Source of the DNA: Lama glama
Lineage: Eukaryota
Assembly: GCA_028534125.1 (NCBI GenBank)
Contig: CM052817.1
Span: 100,876,001 to 100,940,000 of the forward strand
Reading direction: 5' to 3'
DNA length: 64,000 nucleotides
Below the pieces are notes generated by a model. That model saw only the letters and a list, made by a program, of their open reading frames with translations. It was not told the origin of the DNA and made no database searches. Position numbers and translations under genes: made by a program. Positions 51,449 to 62,965 of this stretch are shown here, one piece after another (the stretch's first letter is position 1; every line of letters begins with the position of its first letter).

Positions 51449-54400
51449 TCTGTTGTTTAAGCCGCACAGTCAACGGTATTTTGTTATGGCAGCCCCAACA
51501 GACTACAATAGTAGTGTGCGTCTCAGTCTTCCCCCGGACTCGGGGTTACCCCCAGCTACACAAGTTAATCACAGACCAAGGAAATAGCACAACTGAATTA
51601 GCTAATGTGGTGACAGAAAGGGCTACTTCGTGATGAGTACTTATTTTACTGAATTGCTTTCTATGAGGATCAATTTAGGAAAAAGGAAGGTTTCTAAGTC
51701 GCCTTATTCTCTCATTCAAAAGGAAAATTAATTCTACAGATAAATTGCATATTTTTAGAAACGTTGGCTTCCCTATTTTATTGCATAGAAGAATCTCTAT
51801 GAGAAAATTGTCATCGGTGTTTACCACCCACGATGTTGATACACGAGCATATCTGGGGGTGGTGACTTGGAGGGACCTTCCTAATCATTCCTTACAGTTG
51901 TGGAACACTTGAGAGTGTGCTAACTGCATTCACATGCAAATTTTTCTTTCATCCTCCAAATAAATTCAAATTAAGTGTCAGTCTCATTTTATGGAAGCTG
52001 AGATTCAGAGAAATGAAATGCCTTTTGCAAGGTAGCGCAGAACCAGGGCTAGATTTAATTTACTCCATCAAATGAATTTTTTTCTGAGAACTTCATTGTA
52101 TGCATACTATGGCCCCTAACCCAGGCCTTTCTCTCCTAGGATCTCCTCTCCGCACTGGGGTAGCTGCGTGGCTGCCTTATACCACACTGTACTTCGCTCA
52201 GGTAGCTTCCGGTGCCCCCCAGTATCCAGCCACCACTGGACACGGAACCTGCGGGCAGATGTGTGGTGTTGCCTTTCCTAGGGGCAAACTTCTCTCAGCC
52301 AGTCTCCTCCGAGCCCCTGCTGGGCCAGTGATTCAAAAGGCTTCTCTTGACATCTGAGGGGTTTGCCTGGAAAGCTCTCCTTCAACTCTTCCTCTCCTAC
52401 TTTCCTTTCCCTCCCAATTATTCTGCTTTGTATACACTTAAAGTGAGGTTTAACATTTGATCTTAGGTTCAAATGAGAAGCCAGGCAGGTAATGAAACCC
52501 ACAGGCTTTGACTTACTCATTGTCCTACTTTATCCTGAACCAAACCTTTCACTAGTGGAGTGAAACAATGTCCCAAACTCAGTGTAGAATTTGTTGCTTG
52601 AGGAAGCAGAAAGAAGCAAAAATATTGTTGAAACAGTAGGAATTTATAAGGCAAGATAATGAAAATAATGCCACATTTAATTGAAAAACAAGTTAATTGT
52701 AAGTGAAGTTCTTTTTTCGAAAAGACAAGTGATACTTGTATTGACTGTGTTCAGAGACGACAAATCAGGAGGGAGGTGTGCAGTGGTGATTGTTTTAGGA
52801 AAAATGAATTAAAAATTTTTGTCCTGAAAATGATTTAAATCTATGTATCTCAGAAACTACACAGAAGAATGCACATTAACAGTTTATTTTTCAACTTAAA
52901 TCTGCAGGCATTTTTTTCTTATTCTTTACAGGAGCCTTGTCTTATTTTATCATCTTTAGATTTATTATGCCCCAGAAGTGAAAAATGGATCCTGTCATAT
53001 AGAGAGGAAAAAAGTAGTACTTTCAACACTTTGGGAATATTAAAGTTGTTTTGAACATTTGCACTAGAACTCTGTGGAACCTGGAACCTCTGTGTTAAAG
53101 TGGTACAGAATTACCCAATCAGAAGGTCCCAGTATTTCGTTAGCAACAATGTTCTCAGGAGAGATGTTACGAATACAGCTATCAGCATAGAGCCAGGATA
53201 GTCTCTTAAAATACTCTGACCTCAGGCCCTAAACTCAAGGGAAAGAAACAACAGAATTTTCTTTTACAGAGTATAGAAAAGAAGTATTGTAGTATGTAGT
53301 TACAGGAACACAGGGCTAGGTGACAGGGAACGACTGCATTTTAGTTCTGGCCCTGAAATTTTAACCAAGTCATCTTTCTAGGTTTTAATTTCCTCATCTG
53401 TAAAATTGGAGATCACAATTCTTATGTCATAGAGTATCTGGAATGATTAAATAAAAATATTTTATATCAAAATGGTGGAGAAAGAAAGAGAAAAGAATTA
53501 TTGAGGGCTCAATGTACGCCAGGTATTTTAGTTACAAGTTGGGCTTTTTAAGAGAGATCAAGGATGATTTAAGTTCATGATTATACCACACTGAAATTTT
53601 AAATCAAATCATTAATAAAAATACTTTTAATTAAAGTTAAGTAATCTATATTTCACTCTAAAAGAAACTTTTTTAATTTTAATACATTTTTAAGGCCTAG
53701 TATTACTAAAGCTCAAAGGCAAACTAAATCAGTGGAAAATAAAAATACTTTCTATAAATATTTCCTTCCAAATGTGTCTTGTGTTGTAGACTAATAATAA
53801 TTCAGAATAAAAATAATCTGTATTAATGTTTTATATTTTTTCAAAATACTTTTCAAAGGGAACACTAAATTAGATGTATTAAGTTAAATAAACATAGTAT
53901 TTAAAATTTAACACCAGAAAAATCTGACACATTGTTATATTCTTCTACTGGTTAAAGACTATTTTATGGATGGAGTGTAAATAATTTCACACAACATTTT
54001 AAAACATTCTGTAGACAAAACTTCCTCAAACAGAAATTTAATCTAAAATGTTACCCACTGAATTTTTTTAAAAATTAAATACATCAAAATATGCTGAAAG
54101 AACAATTTTTCCTGAAAATAAAATTCAGTAAAATCAAAAAATAATTCAATATTATTGATTAAAAGTTTCAGCTGTTAAAATAAAACTAAGAACCACATAC
54201 TTTCTTAAGTAACTGCATATGTATTTTCATATTTACTTTTTAAGAGCAATCTTATTAAAAATAAATATCAGAGTTTAAAAATGTTTCAGTTGTATACTTT
54301 TCTATTAAACACACACATATACATACAAATAGGAAGAATCCATATCATCTTCTGATTATAGATAATTTAAAAATCTGACAAAGTCATAGTCTCTCTTGAC

Positions 54401-55044
54401 CTTATATAGAAATAATGTAAAAGTTAGACATATATTTTTAATCATTTTGATATATAATTAGGTCAGATTTTATTTTCAGTAGTTTTTCATAATTTTTATT
54501 AGGAAGATTAGCTAGTAATGAGAAAAAAAGTAATTTAAACTTAACACTTGATACTTAAGAGTATAGTTAGAATACATACGTTTATAAAAATAAACATCTA
54601 AGCAATAGATATTTTGTTTCTTAGATGAGGTAGATAAATTAAAATATTCTAGAACATGATCTGAACTTAAAAAAAAAAACAAAAACAGAAATTAGCAATC
54701 ACCAATTCAACCAGCATGACTCAAATAGCTGGAGAGTTCTTTTTATTTTCGACATACATGTCATATATTTTAAGTACAAGGCCTCTGAAATCCATTTTCT
54801 ACTCCCCAAAACCTTCTTAAGTTGAAATTTATATTTTTCATTGACTTACTCATTATTTAATCGACCTAGAGGACTTTGCATTTAATTTAATTTAATCTAC
54901 CTAGAGACTAAAGACATTTGCAATTAAACCAAAGATTCTAGCTTTTCATTTTTTATGTTTAAGTGATATTTTCCGTTTACACACCTAATATAGTAAAATA
55001 CATTAGAAAAAGCTATCACTCTTCAGATGTTGCACAATAAATAA

Positions 55045-56583
55045 TTACTTAGATGATAAAGAGTTAACAAAAATTTCAATGTCTGCTAAAGAATTATGAA
55101 GCCCATCATTCATCTCTTGACTTCTAAGAAAACTTTTCAGAGTATCTAAAGCAGTTATTGCCTCATTTTTGGACGGTAAAGGGAGTTCGGTTCCCAGAGA
55201 TCCACCGTCATCCTCTTCGTCAGAAGTATAAAATCCAGTTTCATCTGGTTTACTTTCTTTGGTCCATTCAGCATCACCACTGGGTGCTGCTTCACATGTC
55301 TCTAAATCATCATCCAGGGCAGCATACTCTTCGATCGATAAGCCTTCAGGAAATTCCACTCCTGCCGCCTGGGCAGGGACAACCAAATCAAGGCCAGTGT
55401 CCGTCTCTGCATCTGTCTTGTCGCTTTCTTCCTGTTGCGATTTGAACCCTGCCTCTTCATAGCTCTTCACAATAGTCTGCGGGGTTACAGCCCTCCAGCA
55501 GAGATGCAACGTGTCAACTGCATCTAGCAGGGAGAAGGTAAATTCTTTGCTGCCTTCAACAGAGCTTAAAAATTTCTTAATAAGACAGTGTCGGTACTTG
55601 ATTTTAAGGCTTTTAATGACACCTTGTTTCATAGCTATAAATTTGGAAGATAAACATGATGGAAAAAACGCTAACTCGATGGACTTTAGGTTTTTTACCT
55701 CTGGGTGTGCTGGAAAAGATTCGACAAAAATCACCACTCTTCTTTGCTCGGCTTGAAATTTCTCATCAAGCTTCCGCATCCATTGTTCAAATACATCTGA
55801 GGTCATCCATGCCATTTTGTTAGCTTCATAATACACAGGCAAGGACTTTATGCCTTTGAAACAATGTGGATTTTTGTTTTTTCCAATGACAAGCAAAGGA
55901 AGTTTCTCTGAGCCATCCATGTTTGTCCCAACCACCAGAGTTATTCTGTCTTTGCATAACTTACCAATAGAGCACGTTTCCCCTTTAAATGCAAATGTTT
56001 TTGTAGGTAACATTCGATAAAGCAGCGCAGTCTCTTTTACATTAAAAACATTTTTAGGATGATAATCATTTAAATAATAAGGAAGTATGTTTTGGTGCCA
56101 GACAGTTGAAGGGTCTACTGATACACCAGTAGCTTCGGCAGGTTGAGCTCTGAACACTAAACCGTACCTGGATTTAAAGCGATCCAACCAACCGTTACTG
56201 CACTTGAAATCATTATGTCCCAGTTTCTGGGCAAAATCATTAGCCTTTAGACGCAACATTGGACCATTAACTGGTACATTCAGACACTGAGCAATTCGAT
56301 ACCACCTCATTAATGCCTCTTCCAGATCTGTGTAAAAAGCAGTTCTCAGTCTTTTTCTCTTTGGATCAAACCTCAGAGATTCAAAGGCTTCTAGAACTTT
56401 GTCTTTATTCTTCATAATAGAAGACAATGAATTTTTCTTTATTCCATATTCAGCTGCAATCTCTGCTTTTTTCTTGCCGCTTTCTACTGCATTTATGATA
56501 TCGATCTTTTCTTCAATGGATAGACTTTTCTTTTTCTTCCCGGTTACAGGCAGAGTTGCGGCATCCACAGACGCTTCAGCCAT
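55045..56583 (-). CDS. TIGD4: Tigger transposable element-derived protein 4 (domesticated pogo/Tigger transposase, CENP-B-like), 512 aa, uninterrupted CDS
   Basis: 512-aa [17 protein letters not shown]... with a CENP-B-type N-terminal HTH ([20 protein letters not shown]), a Tc5-type HTH (LEEALMRWY...[16 protein letters not shown]), a DDE_1-like core ([35 protein letters not shown]) and an acidic C-terminal tail. Recognised as mammalian TIGD4. Confidence 0.96.
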   Translation of the reverse strand: MAEASVDAATLPVTGKKKKSLSIEEKIDIINAVESGKKKAEIAAEYGIKKNSLSSIMKNKDKVLEAFESLRFDPKRKRLRTAFYTDLEEALMRWYRIAQCLNVPVNGPMLRLKANDFAQKLGHNDFKCSNGWLDRFKSRYGLVFRAQPAEATGVSVDPSTVWHQNILPYYLNDYHPKNVFNVKETALLYRMLPTKTFAFKGETCSIGKLCKDRITLVVGTNMDGSEKLPLLVIGKNKNPHCFKGIKSLPVYYEANKMAWMTSDVFEQWMRKLDEKFQAEQRRVVIFVESFPAHPEVKNLKSIELAFFPSCLSSKFIAMKQGVIKSLKIKYRHCLIKKFLSSVEGSKEFTFSLLDAVDTLHLCWRAVTPQTIVKSYEEAGFKSQQEESDKTDAETDTGLDLVVPAQAAGVEFPEGLSIEEYAALDDDLETCEAAPSGDAEWTKESKPDETGFYTSDEEDDGGSLGTELPLPSKNEAITALDTLKSFLRSQEMNDGLHNSLADIEIFVNSLSSK

Positions 56584-57128
56584 CTCACCCTGTGCTTATG
56601 CAGAGATTTCTCCTCTCTCTGGGTCTGTTTCGTTAACTAAACTTCTTTGCCAGTATGATACAACTTGCTGCTTTCTATCTTACTTCATATATTACAAGTT
56701 TGTAAGTGTCTAATTGCCTTATTCTTCAGGAAATGGATGAGTAAATATATTTTTTTCAAAGGATCTGAATAAGAAAAAGATTAGATGCAGGCAGAATATT
56801 TTAGAAGAGAAACTTCCTCTCCAGGACCTTGCGTAGCTCGGTTTATAGTTTATTCAGAGTTCCAGAAGTCAAGCTAAAATAGAAACCTCATTATGTCAAA
56901 CCTGTCCAGTCCTGCTGATGTATTTTTGGAACTTCAATCCTTTAAGATGATCCATTTTATCCATGCGTGCATTCAACCTCCTATTAATTCTCCACAGAAG
57001 GCCTCAGAGATAAGAAGAAAAGCATCCAGTAATTTCACGCAAAATGTTACCCATTAATTTCCAAGTCTCTTCAGGGCGGAGAAGAAATGGTAGAATTCTT
57101 CTAGGACTTGACAGTATATACCCCGTCT
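56584..57128 (-). other. TIGD4: Probable 5' untranslated part of the TIGD4 terminal exon
   Basis: Minus-strand polypyrimidine tract and acceptor (tttctttttttctcttttaacacttaaAG) ending at 57129. The sequence is then contiguous to the ATG at 56583 and contains upstream ATGs. Confidence 0.6.
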
Positions 57129-57299
57129 CTTTAAGTGTTAAAAGAGAAAAAAAGAAATCCAGCAATTTTAATGATATGTCCATTGAATATCAAAAATAAT
57201 ATTTATACTAATTGGTTGTACTTTTAATAATAATAATGAAAATAATGGAAGCATGTTTCTGAAAATACAGTAACTAAAGCTTCCAGGAGAAATGCTTAC

Positions 57300-57524
57300 C
57301 TTCCAAACGGCGTCTCTGTAAAAAGCTCTCTAGCTCTGCTCTGAGCCTTTGAATTCTCACTTGCCTTCGAGTGCTTTGTAATATATACTTCTGAAATAAA
57401 TCAGACAAATTTAATCTGTTTTGAAAATGTGTGCTTACCAAAATTAAAGACCTAAAAATGATGCTGGATAGATCTTTGGCGGCTGTTTCTCACATGAAGT
57501 CACAGACTGCCCCCTCTGACTTCT
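57300..57524 (-). pseudogene. Candidate 225-bp phase-1/phase-1 exon of a decayed or unannotated gene upstream of TIGD4
   Basis: Acceptor tatgtgtttcttttAG and donor GAAG|gtaagc. Reads KSEGAVCDFM*ETAAKDLSSIIFRSLILVSTHFQNRLNLSDLFQKYILQSTRRQVRIQRLRAELESFLQRRRLE with a single TGA. Confidence 0.5.
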
Positions 57525-60221
57525 CTAAAAGAAACACATAGTCAGACAGTAGTCACAAGGTCCAACTTTTAATAGCACACGGGAGACAGTGCCTCCTTTG
57601 CGGGAATCTGGTAGAAAATGCTTCACTAAAAATCAAATCAAGTGATTCCATTATGAGTTTTAAAAATTGAAATCTTTTTCTATTTCAATGCTTAAAAATC
57701 TAGTAAAACTGTTAATCCACTTGACACATTAGCCAAATGCACAGAGGTCAGAAATACTTTACAGAATGCATTGCAATAAACAAATCACTAAAAAGATACA
57801 ATGCAGAAAAAGACCTAGGCTAAGAGTGAGAAGGAGAGTGACCATGGTCTTTAACAGCTCACGAACTACACTTCTTTATCTGTGAAATAAAAGGGCTTAT
57901 CATAGTGTAAGGACATCAGCTTCAGTGCCAGACACACCTGAACTGACAAGTGACTCCACCATTTTGTGCCTAATGTGATCCTGGGTAGTTTAAAATATTT
58001 GAAGCCTTAGCATCCATATTTGTGAAATAAGGGTACCTACAGCATGTACCTCGTAGGTAACTGCACAGTCAGTGAGATGCAAGGATAGAGCGTAGAGCAC
58101 TGAGCCCAGTATTTAACACCTTACAAAGTAAAGTGTTCAATACGTGTTTGATGATCTCATCATCATCATCTTCTCCTAATGTCTCTGTCAGCTGTGTCGA
58201 ACTATAAAATTCAGAGATTTTATGAAATCCTACTTCAAATAGAAGCAAGAACCTCACCTTTAAAAAAATACTAAAAGCAGAGCTCTTCCTAAGCCAAACA
58301 GTACTATGGGAACAGTCACAGGGCCCCAGATGGGCTCACCCCAGCTTCCCAAGTAGCATCTCCCCACCAGAATCTCCAGGCTTCAGGCCTCCTGCAGGCC
58401 AAGGTAACAAGCTAATGTGATGAACAGGTGTTCACTACTGTATCAGTGTCGAAACTCCCTTCCTCTAGTTCTTCTCTCTGTCCTCTGAGATATCAAGATG
58501 ACACATGAACTTTTTTTTTTTTTTGGACAAAACTTTGTCAAAATTCCTCTGCCTTTGTTGTCCAAATCAAAGAAGTAGTTTTTATAACAGGAAATACAAG
58601 CACTAGAGGAGTTTTTTTGTTATTGCTGTTATTACAAAAATTAAAATGTCTTAATAATAGTAATGACAGCCTAGGGCATCAGTTTCCAAATTGCTTCACT
58701 TCCTGTCCAGACAATTCAGGAGGAAGTTAAAACTGGACTTCAAAGCTCATACGGTTATAATGTGGTTGAATGCAGTCCCAGAATCCAGGCTTTCTGACAT
58801 CAAGTCTACCATTCTTTTCACCATATTACAGTGTCCTTGAATCACGTGTTGTGGCTCCTCTGACAGTTACACATTCTATGCCCCAGCACCAAGCCAACTC
58901 AGTATTTCCAAGGCCTATCCAAACCTACCTCCCTCTCAAAAAAACAAAGGTAACATCAGGCTTCCATGGGAGAAGAGCCGTTATGAATTCTGTGATCACA
59001 AAGAGTAACCATTTCCCATATTCAACTGTTATAAACGGTTGACCTTTCTAAGTAAGATCTGATCAACTTAAAAAAAAATCTTGTTCATATACAGGATCTC
59101 CTGGGATATTTTTCTACAATTTCCTGTAAATCTACCATTATTTCAAAATAAAAATTTAAAAATATCTCGCTTATTAGGAAGATACCAACATTTAGAAATT
59201 TAGGTAGCAAGAACCAATTTTTCAAGAAAAGTCAAAACCAAGCGAAACTACTCTCCAAAAGAAAAAGGGAATCTCTTCCTTCTTTTTGTTTTCCTTTCTT
59301 CCTCTTTTTCTTCTTTCCTTCCTTTTTTCCTTCTGCCTTGTTTCATTTGTCAGAAATAAACCTTATCATCTCAAACAACAAGGATTACAGAAAAAGTAAC
59401 TTGAAATTTCCTCTATTACCCTATCCTAAATAAAGCAATAAAATATACAATCAGATTTTTATTATCTTGATCAAACTGAAAATACTGATTTTTTTTAGGA
59501 AGATTTTTTTTCTGAGAGCTAACAGAATATATTTCCTTCTAGAACAGTAGTCAATGCTACAATTTTCCATGGTAAGATGCAATATATCTTTATTCCTAAA
59601 ACAACCACATTTCTAATGCCAAACCAGACAAGATAGACTTTTTCCCTAGCAAAGAATAAGGGACCAATACTGCCTCATCAATGAAGCAGACATTTTGCAT
59701 TCTCCCACAGTACAACGGCTGGGATAACTTTTTGTAGGGAGTAATGGCAGCAGATAATATTTCTTCGAAGTACTTATTCTCTCAATTAAGCTCATTAATC
59801 ATTCTACCCCTTGAAAATATTACAGCAGAGAAATGCTGTACTACATGTTAAGAACTATTTTCTCTATGTCAACAGTAAAGCTAACTGAAGAAAGAGAATC
59901 GGCAATTTACTAAAAAAGACTTTAACAACTGAACCACAAATAAAGAAAACAACTCTACTGTAATAACAGAAATGTAAATCTTCTTTCAAAACAGGAGCTA
60001 CCTTTCTATTTCTGCAGTATCTAGTGTTTCCCAAGATGCAGTAACATAGGTTGTTAGGGGGCCCATAAATTGCTACAAAGCTTATGGAGGGCAAATTAGC
60101 AATATGATGTGAAAACCTTAAAAATGTACATAATTTTTATCCAGAAAGTCCGTACCTAGGACTTTATCCCCCCCAAATAATAATAGATGTAAAAATAATC
60201 TAGCTTACAAATATATTCATT

Positions 60222-61950
60222 TTGCTATTGTTGTGTAACAAATTAACACACATTTAGTGGCTTAAAACAACACCCATTTATTATCTCACAGTTCTGTAGG
60301 TCAAGAGTCCAGACGCGCTCAACTGGGTCTTCTGCTTAGGGTCTTACAGGGCAGAAATCAAGATGACGGTCAGGTGGAGCTCTTCTCTGGAGGCTCTGGG
60401 AGAGAATTTGCTTCCAAGCTTATTCAGGTTATTTGCAGAATTCACCTCCTATGGCTGTAAGACTGAGGTCCCTTGGATTTTGTTGGCTGTCAGCAGACAC
60501 TGCTCTCAGTTCTTGGAGGCCTCCCTCAGGTACTTGCCTGTGGTCTTCTTTATTTCAGCAACAGAGAACTTTCCTCATGTCAAAACTCTCCTACGCTTCA
60601 AACCTCTCTGATTTCCTCTGCTGCCACCAGCAGGAGAAAACTGTTTTTGAAAAGTTCATGTAACCTAATTAACCTTAAAAGCTTTGCACAGCAAAGGAAA
60701 TCAGCAACAAAACAAAAAGACAATCTACTGAATGGCAGAAAATATTGGCAAATGATATGACTGATAAGGGATTAATATCTAAAATATATGAACAGCCTAT
60801 ACAACTCAAAATCAAAAAAAGCCAAACAACTTGATTTAAAAATGGGCAGAAGATCTGAATAGACATTCTTTCAAAGAAGATAAACAGATGATCAACAGGC
60901 ACATGAACAGATCCTTAACATTCATTACTAATCATCAGAGAAATACAAATCAAAACAAGATTATCACTTCAGACCTGTCAGAATGGCTATTATCGAAAAG
61001 TCTACAAATAAATGTTGGCGAGGATGTTGAGAAAAAGGAACCCTAGTATGCTGTTGGTGGGACTATAAATTGGTGCAGCCACTTTAGAAGGCAGTATGGA
61101 AGGTCCTCAAAAAACTAAAAATAGAACTACCATATGATCCAGCGATTCCACTGCCGGGTATATATTCAAAGAAAATGAAAACACTAGTTTGAAAAGATAC
61201 GTATATCCCAACGTTCATAGCAGTATTATTTACAATAGCCAGGATACAGAAGTAACTTAAGTATCCCTCAACAGATGAATGGATAAAGATCTCGTGTAAA
61301 TATACAATGGAATATTAGTCATGAAAAAGAATGAAATTCTGCCATTCACAACAATGTGGATGGACCTAGAGGGTATTATGCTTAGTGAAATAAGTCAGAG
61401 AATGACAAATACTCCATGTTATCACTTTTATGTGGAATCTAAAAAATAAAAGAAACCAATATATATAACAAAACAGAAGCAGATTCAGATATCTAGAGAA
61501 GAACCTACTGAATACCAGTAGAAGACAGAAGGGGAGAGGGGCAAAATAGGGGTTTGGGATTAAGAGATATAAACTACTATGTACAAAATAAATAAGGAAC
61601 AAGGATATTTTGTACAGCACAGGGAAATATAACCACTGTTTTGTAATAACTTTAAATGGAGTATAAGCTATAGAAATACAGAATCACTGTGTTGTAATCT
61701 GAAAATAATATAATATTGTAAATCAATTATACTTCAATAAAATAAAATAAATAAAAGGCTCATGTAACCAGTTCAGGACAACCCAGATTATCTTCCTTTG
61801 ATTAACTCAAAGTCAACTGATTAGTAATCTCAATTACATCTGCCAAATCCCTTCTACATATAATATAATCATAGGAATGATATCCTATCATGTTCACAGG
61901 GAAAGAAATTATGCAAAGTGAAGGTCATTGGACATCATTTTAGAATTCTA
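60222..61950 (-). mobile_element. MLT1 LTR split by an L1 insertion
   Basis: tagtggcttaaaacaacacccatttattatctcacagttctgtaggtca...; resumes after 61760 with aactcaaagtcaactgattag. Confidence 0.75.
60666..61759 (+). mobile_element. 5'-truncated L1 with TSD
   Basis: ORF2 end plus 3'UTR and (A4T)n tail; tcatgtaacc at 60656-60665 and 61760-61769. Confidence 0.9.
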
Positions 61951-62882
61951 ACATACAAAAATATACCTCATACTGTTGTTTTATAATTATAGACAAAACT
62001 AAAAATAACCCAAATGTGTAATAAAAGGGATTAGATAAATAAATTAAGAAATAGCTGCATGTTAAGTACTATTTAGCTATTAAAGGAGAATATTTAATGA
62101 TAGGAGGAAATTCCATGATATATTAAGTGAAAAAAGCAAAATACAGACGTGTACGCCAACAAACACAGCATATACTGAAAGTTACATGAGAGCAGAGGCT
62201 CATGGCTATTCCAAAGTACTTAGTGCTCTGTAGGTTCTCAGTAACAATTTGTAAAATAAATAAAGAAAAAATATTCATACAAAAAAAAAGATATTGGCCA
62301 AAATGTTGAATGTTAACTCCAGATAATGGAATTATAGGTTAAGTCTTTTCTCTTTGAAGCTAAAACAATTTCTACCCTTATGTTCCATTCATTCTACTAT
62401 ACATGGGCTTGTTTAAATGTTCCAGTAATTAGTATCCTCTAATAAAGGGTTTGTTTCCAGAGAATTACACTGTCCAATCAGTAACCAAATATCTCTCCAT
62501 GAAAAGGAAGCTACTGATGAGTGATGAAATTATTGTGACATTACCAGAATTCACCTAGAGAAGATCTGAAGGTAGCACCTTCTTTTTTTTTTTTTAAGGA
62601 AATAAGTAGTATTCAGTATTCAACATCTAAAGCAAAGAGAAAAGGTTGCATGCACATTTAATTCATTCTGAAAGGAACAATAACAATAGCCTTTAACCTG
62701 CTGCCTCCTTTCCTTCCTGGTCAATAAATAAAAGGCTACCAGAGTTTCCCACAAGCCACGTGAATAAATGGCACCTGGTTTTCCTAAACTGCGTAATAGC
62801 CAGTAGCAGTACAAAGGTAAACGAGCAGATAAGCCTCACGTCAGCAGCATATATGGCAGGCAGCTATCCCCCTTCTTCTTAC

Positions 62883-62965
62883 CTCTCCAAACATAATGCC
62901 AATTGAGAGAAAAGTAGTAATCTTCTCTTCTTCATAAGGAGAACCGGCAGGCAGAATTCCCCAAG
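62883..62965 (-). other. Candidate 83-bp internal exon (TIGD4 5' leader or fossil upstream gene)
   Basis: Strong acceptor tctctctctttccttctccctgcAG and donor GAG|gtaaga. A second possible acceptor (ttttttttcAG) lies 34 nt upstream. Confidence 0.5.

Noticed and set aside
1..55000. TMEM154 exons, expected from human synteny (TMEM154-TIGD4-ARFIP1)
   Set aside because: No recognisable TMEM154 coding sequence found; it probably lies outside the window.
55158..56713. Plus-strand ORFs overlapping TIGD4
   Set aside because: Antisense shadows of the real CDS.
62883..62965. Alternative frame WGILPAGSPYEEEKITTFLSIGIMFGE, resembling a cyclic-nucleotide-binding G..FGE motif
   Set aside because: Too short, and splicing to the next candidate exon in that phase stops quickly without the rest of the motif.
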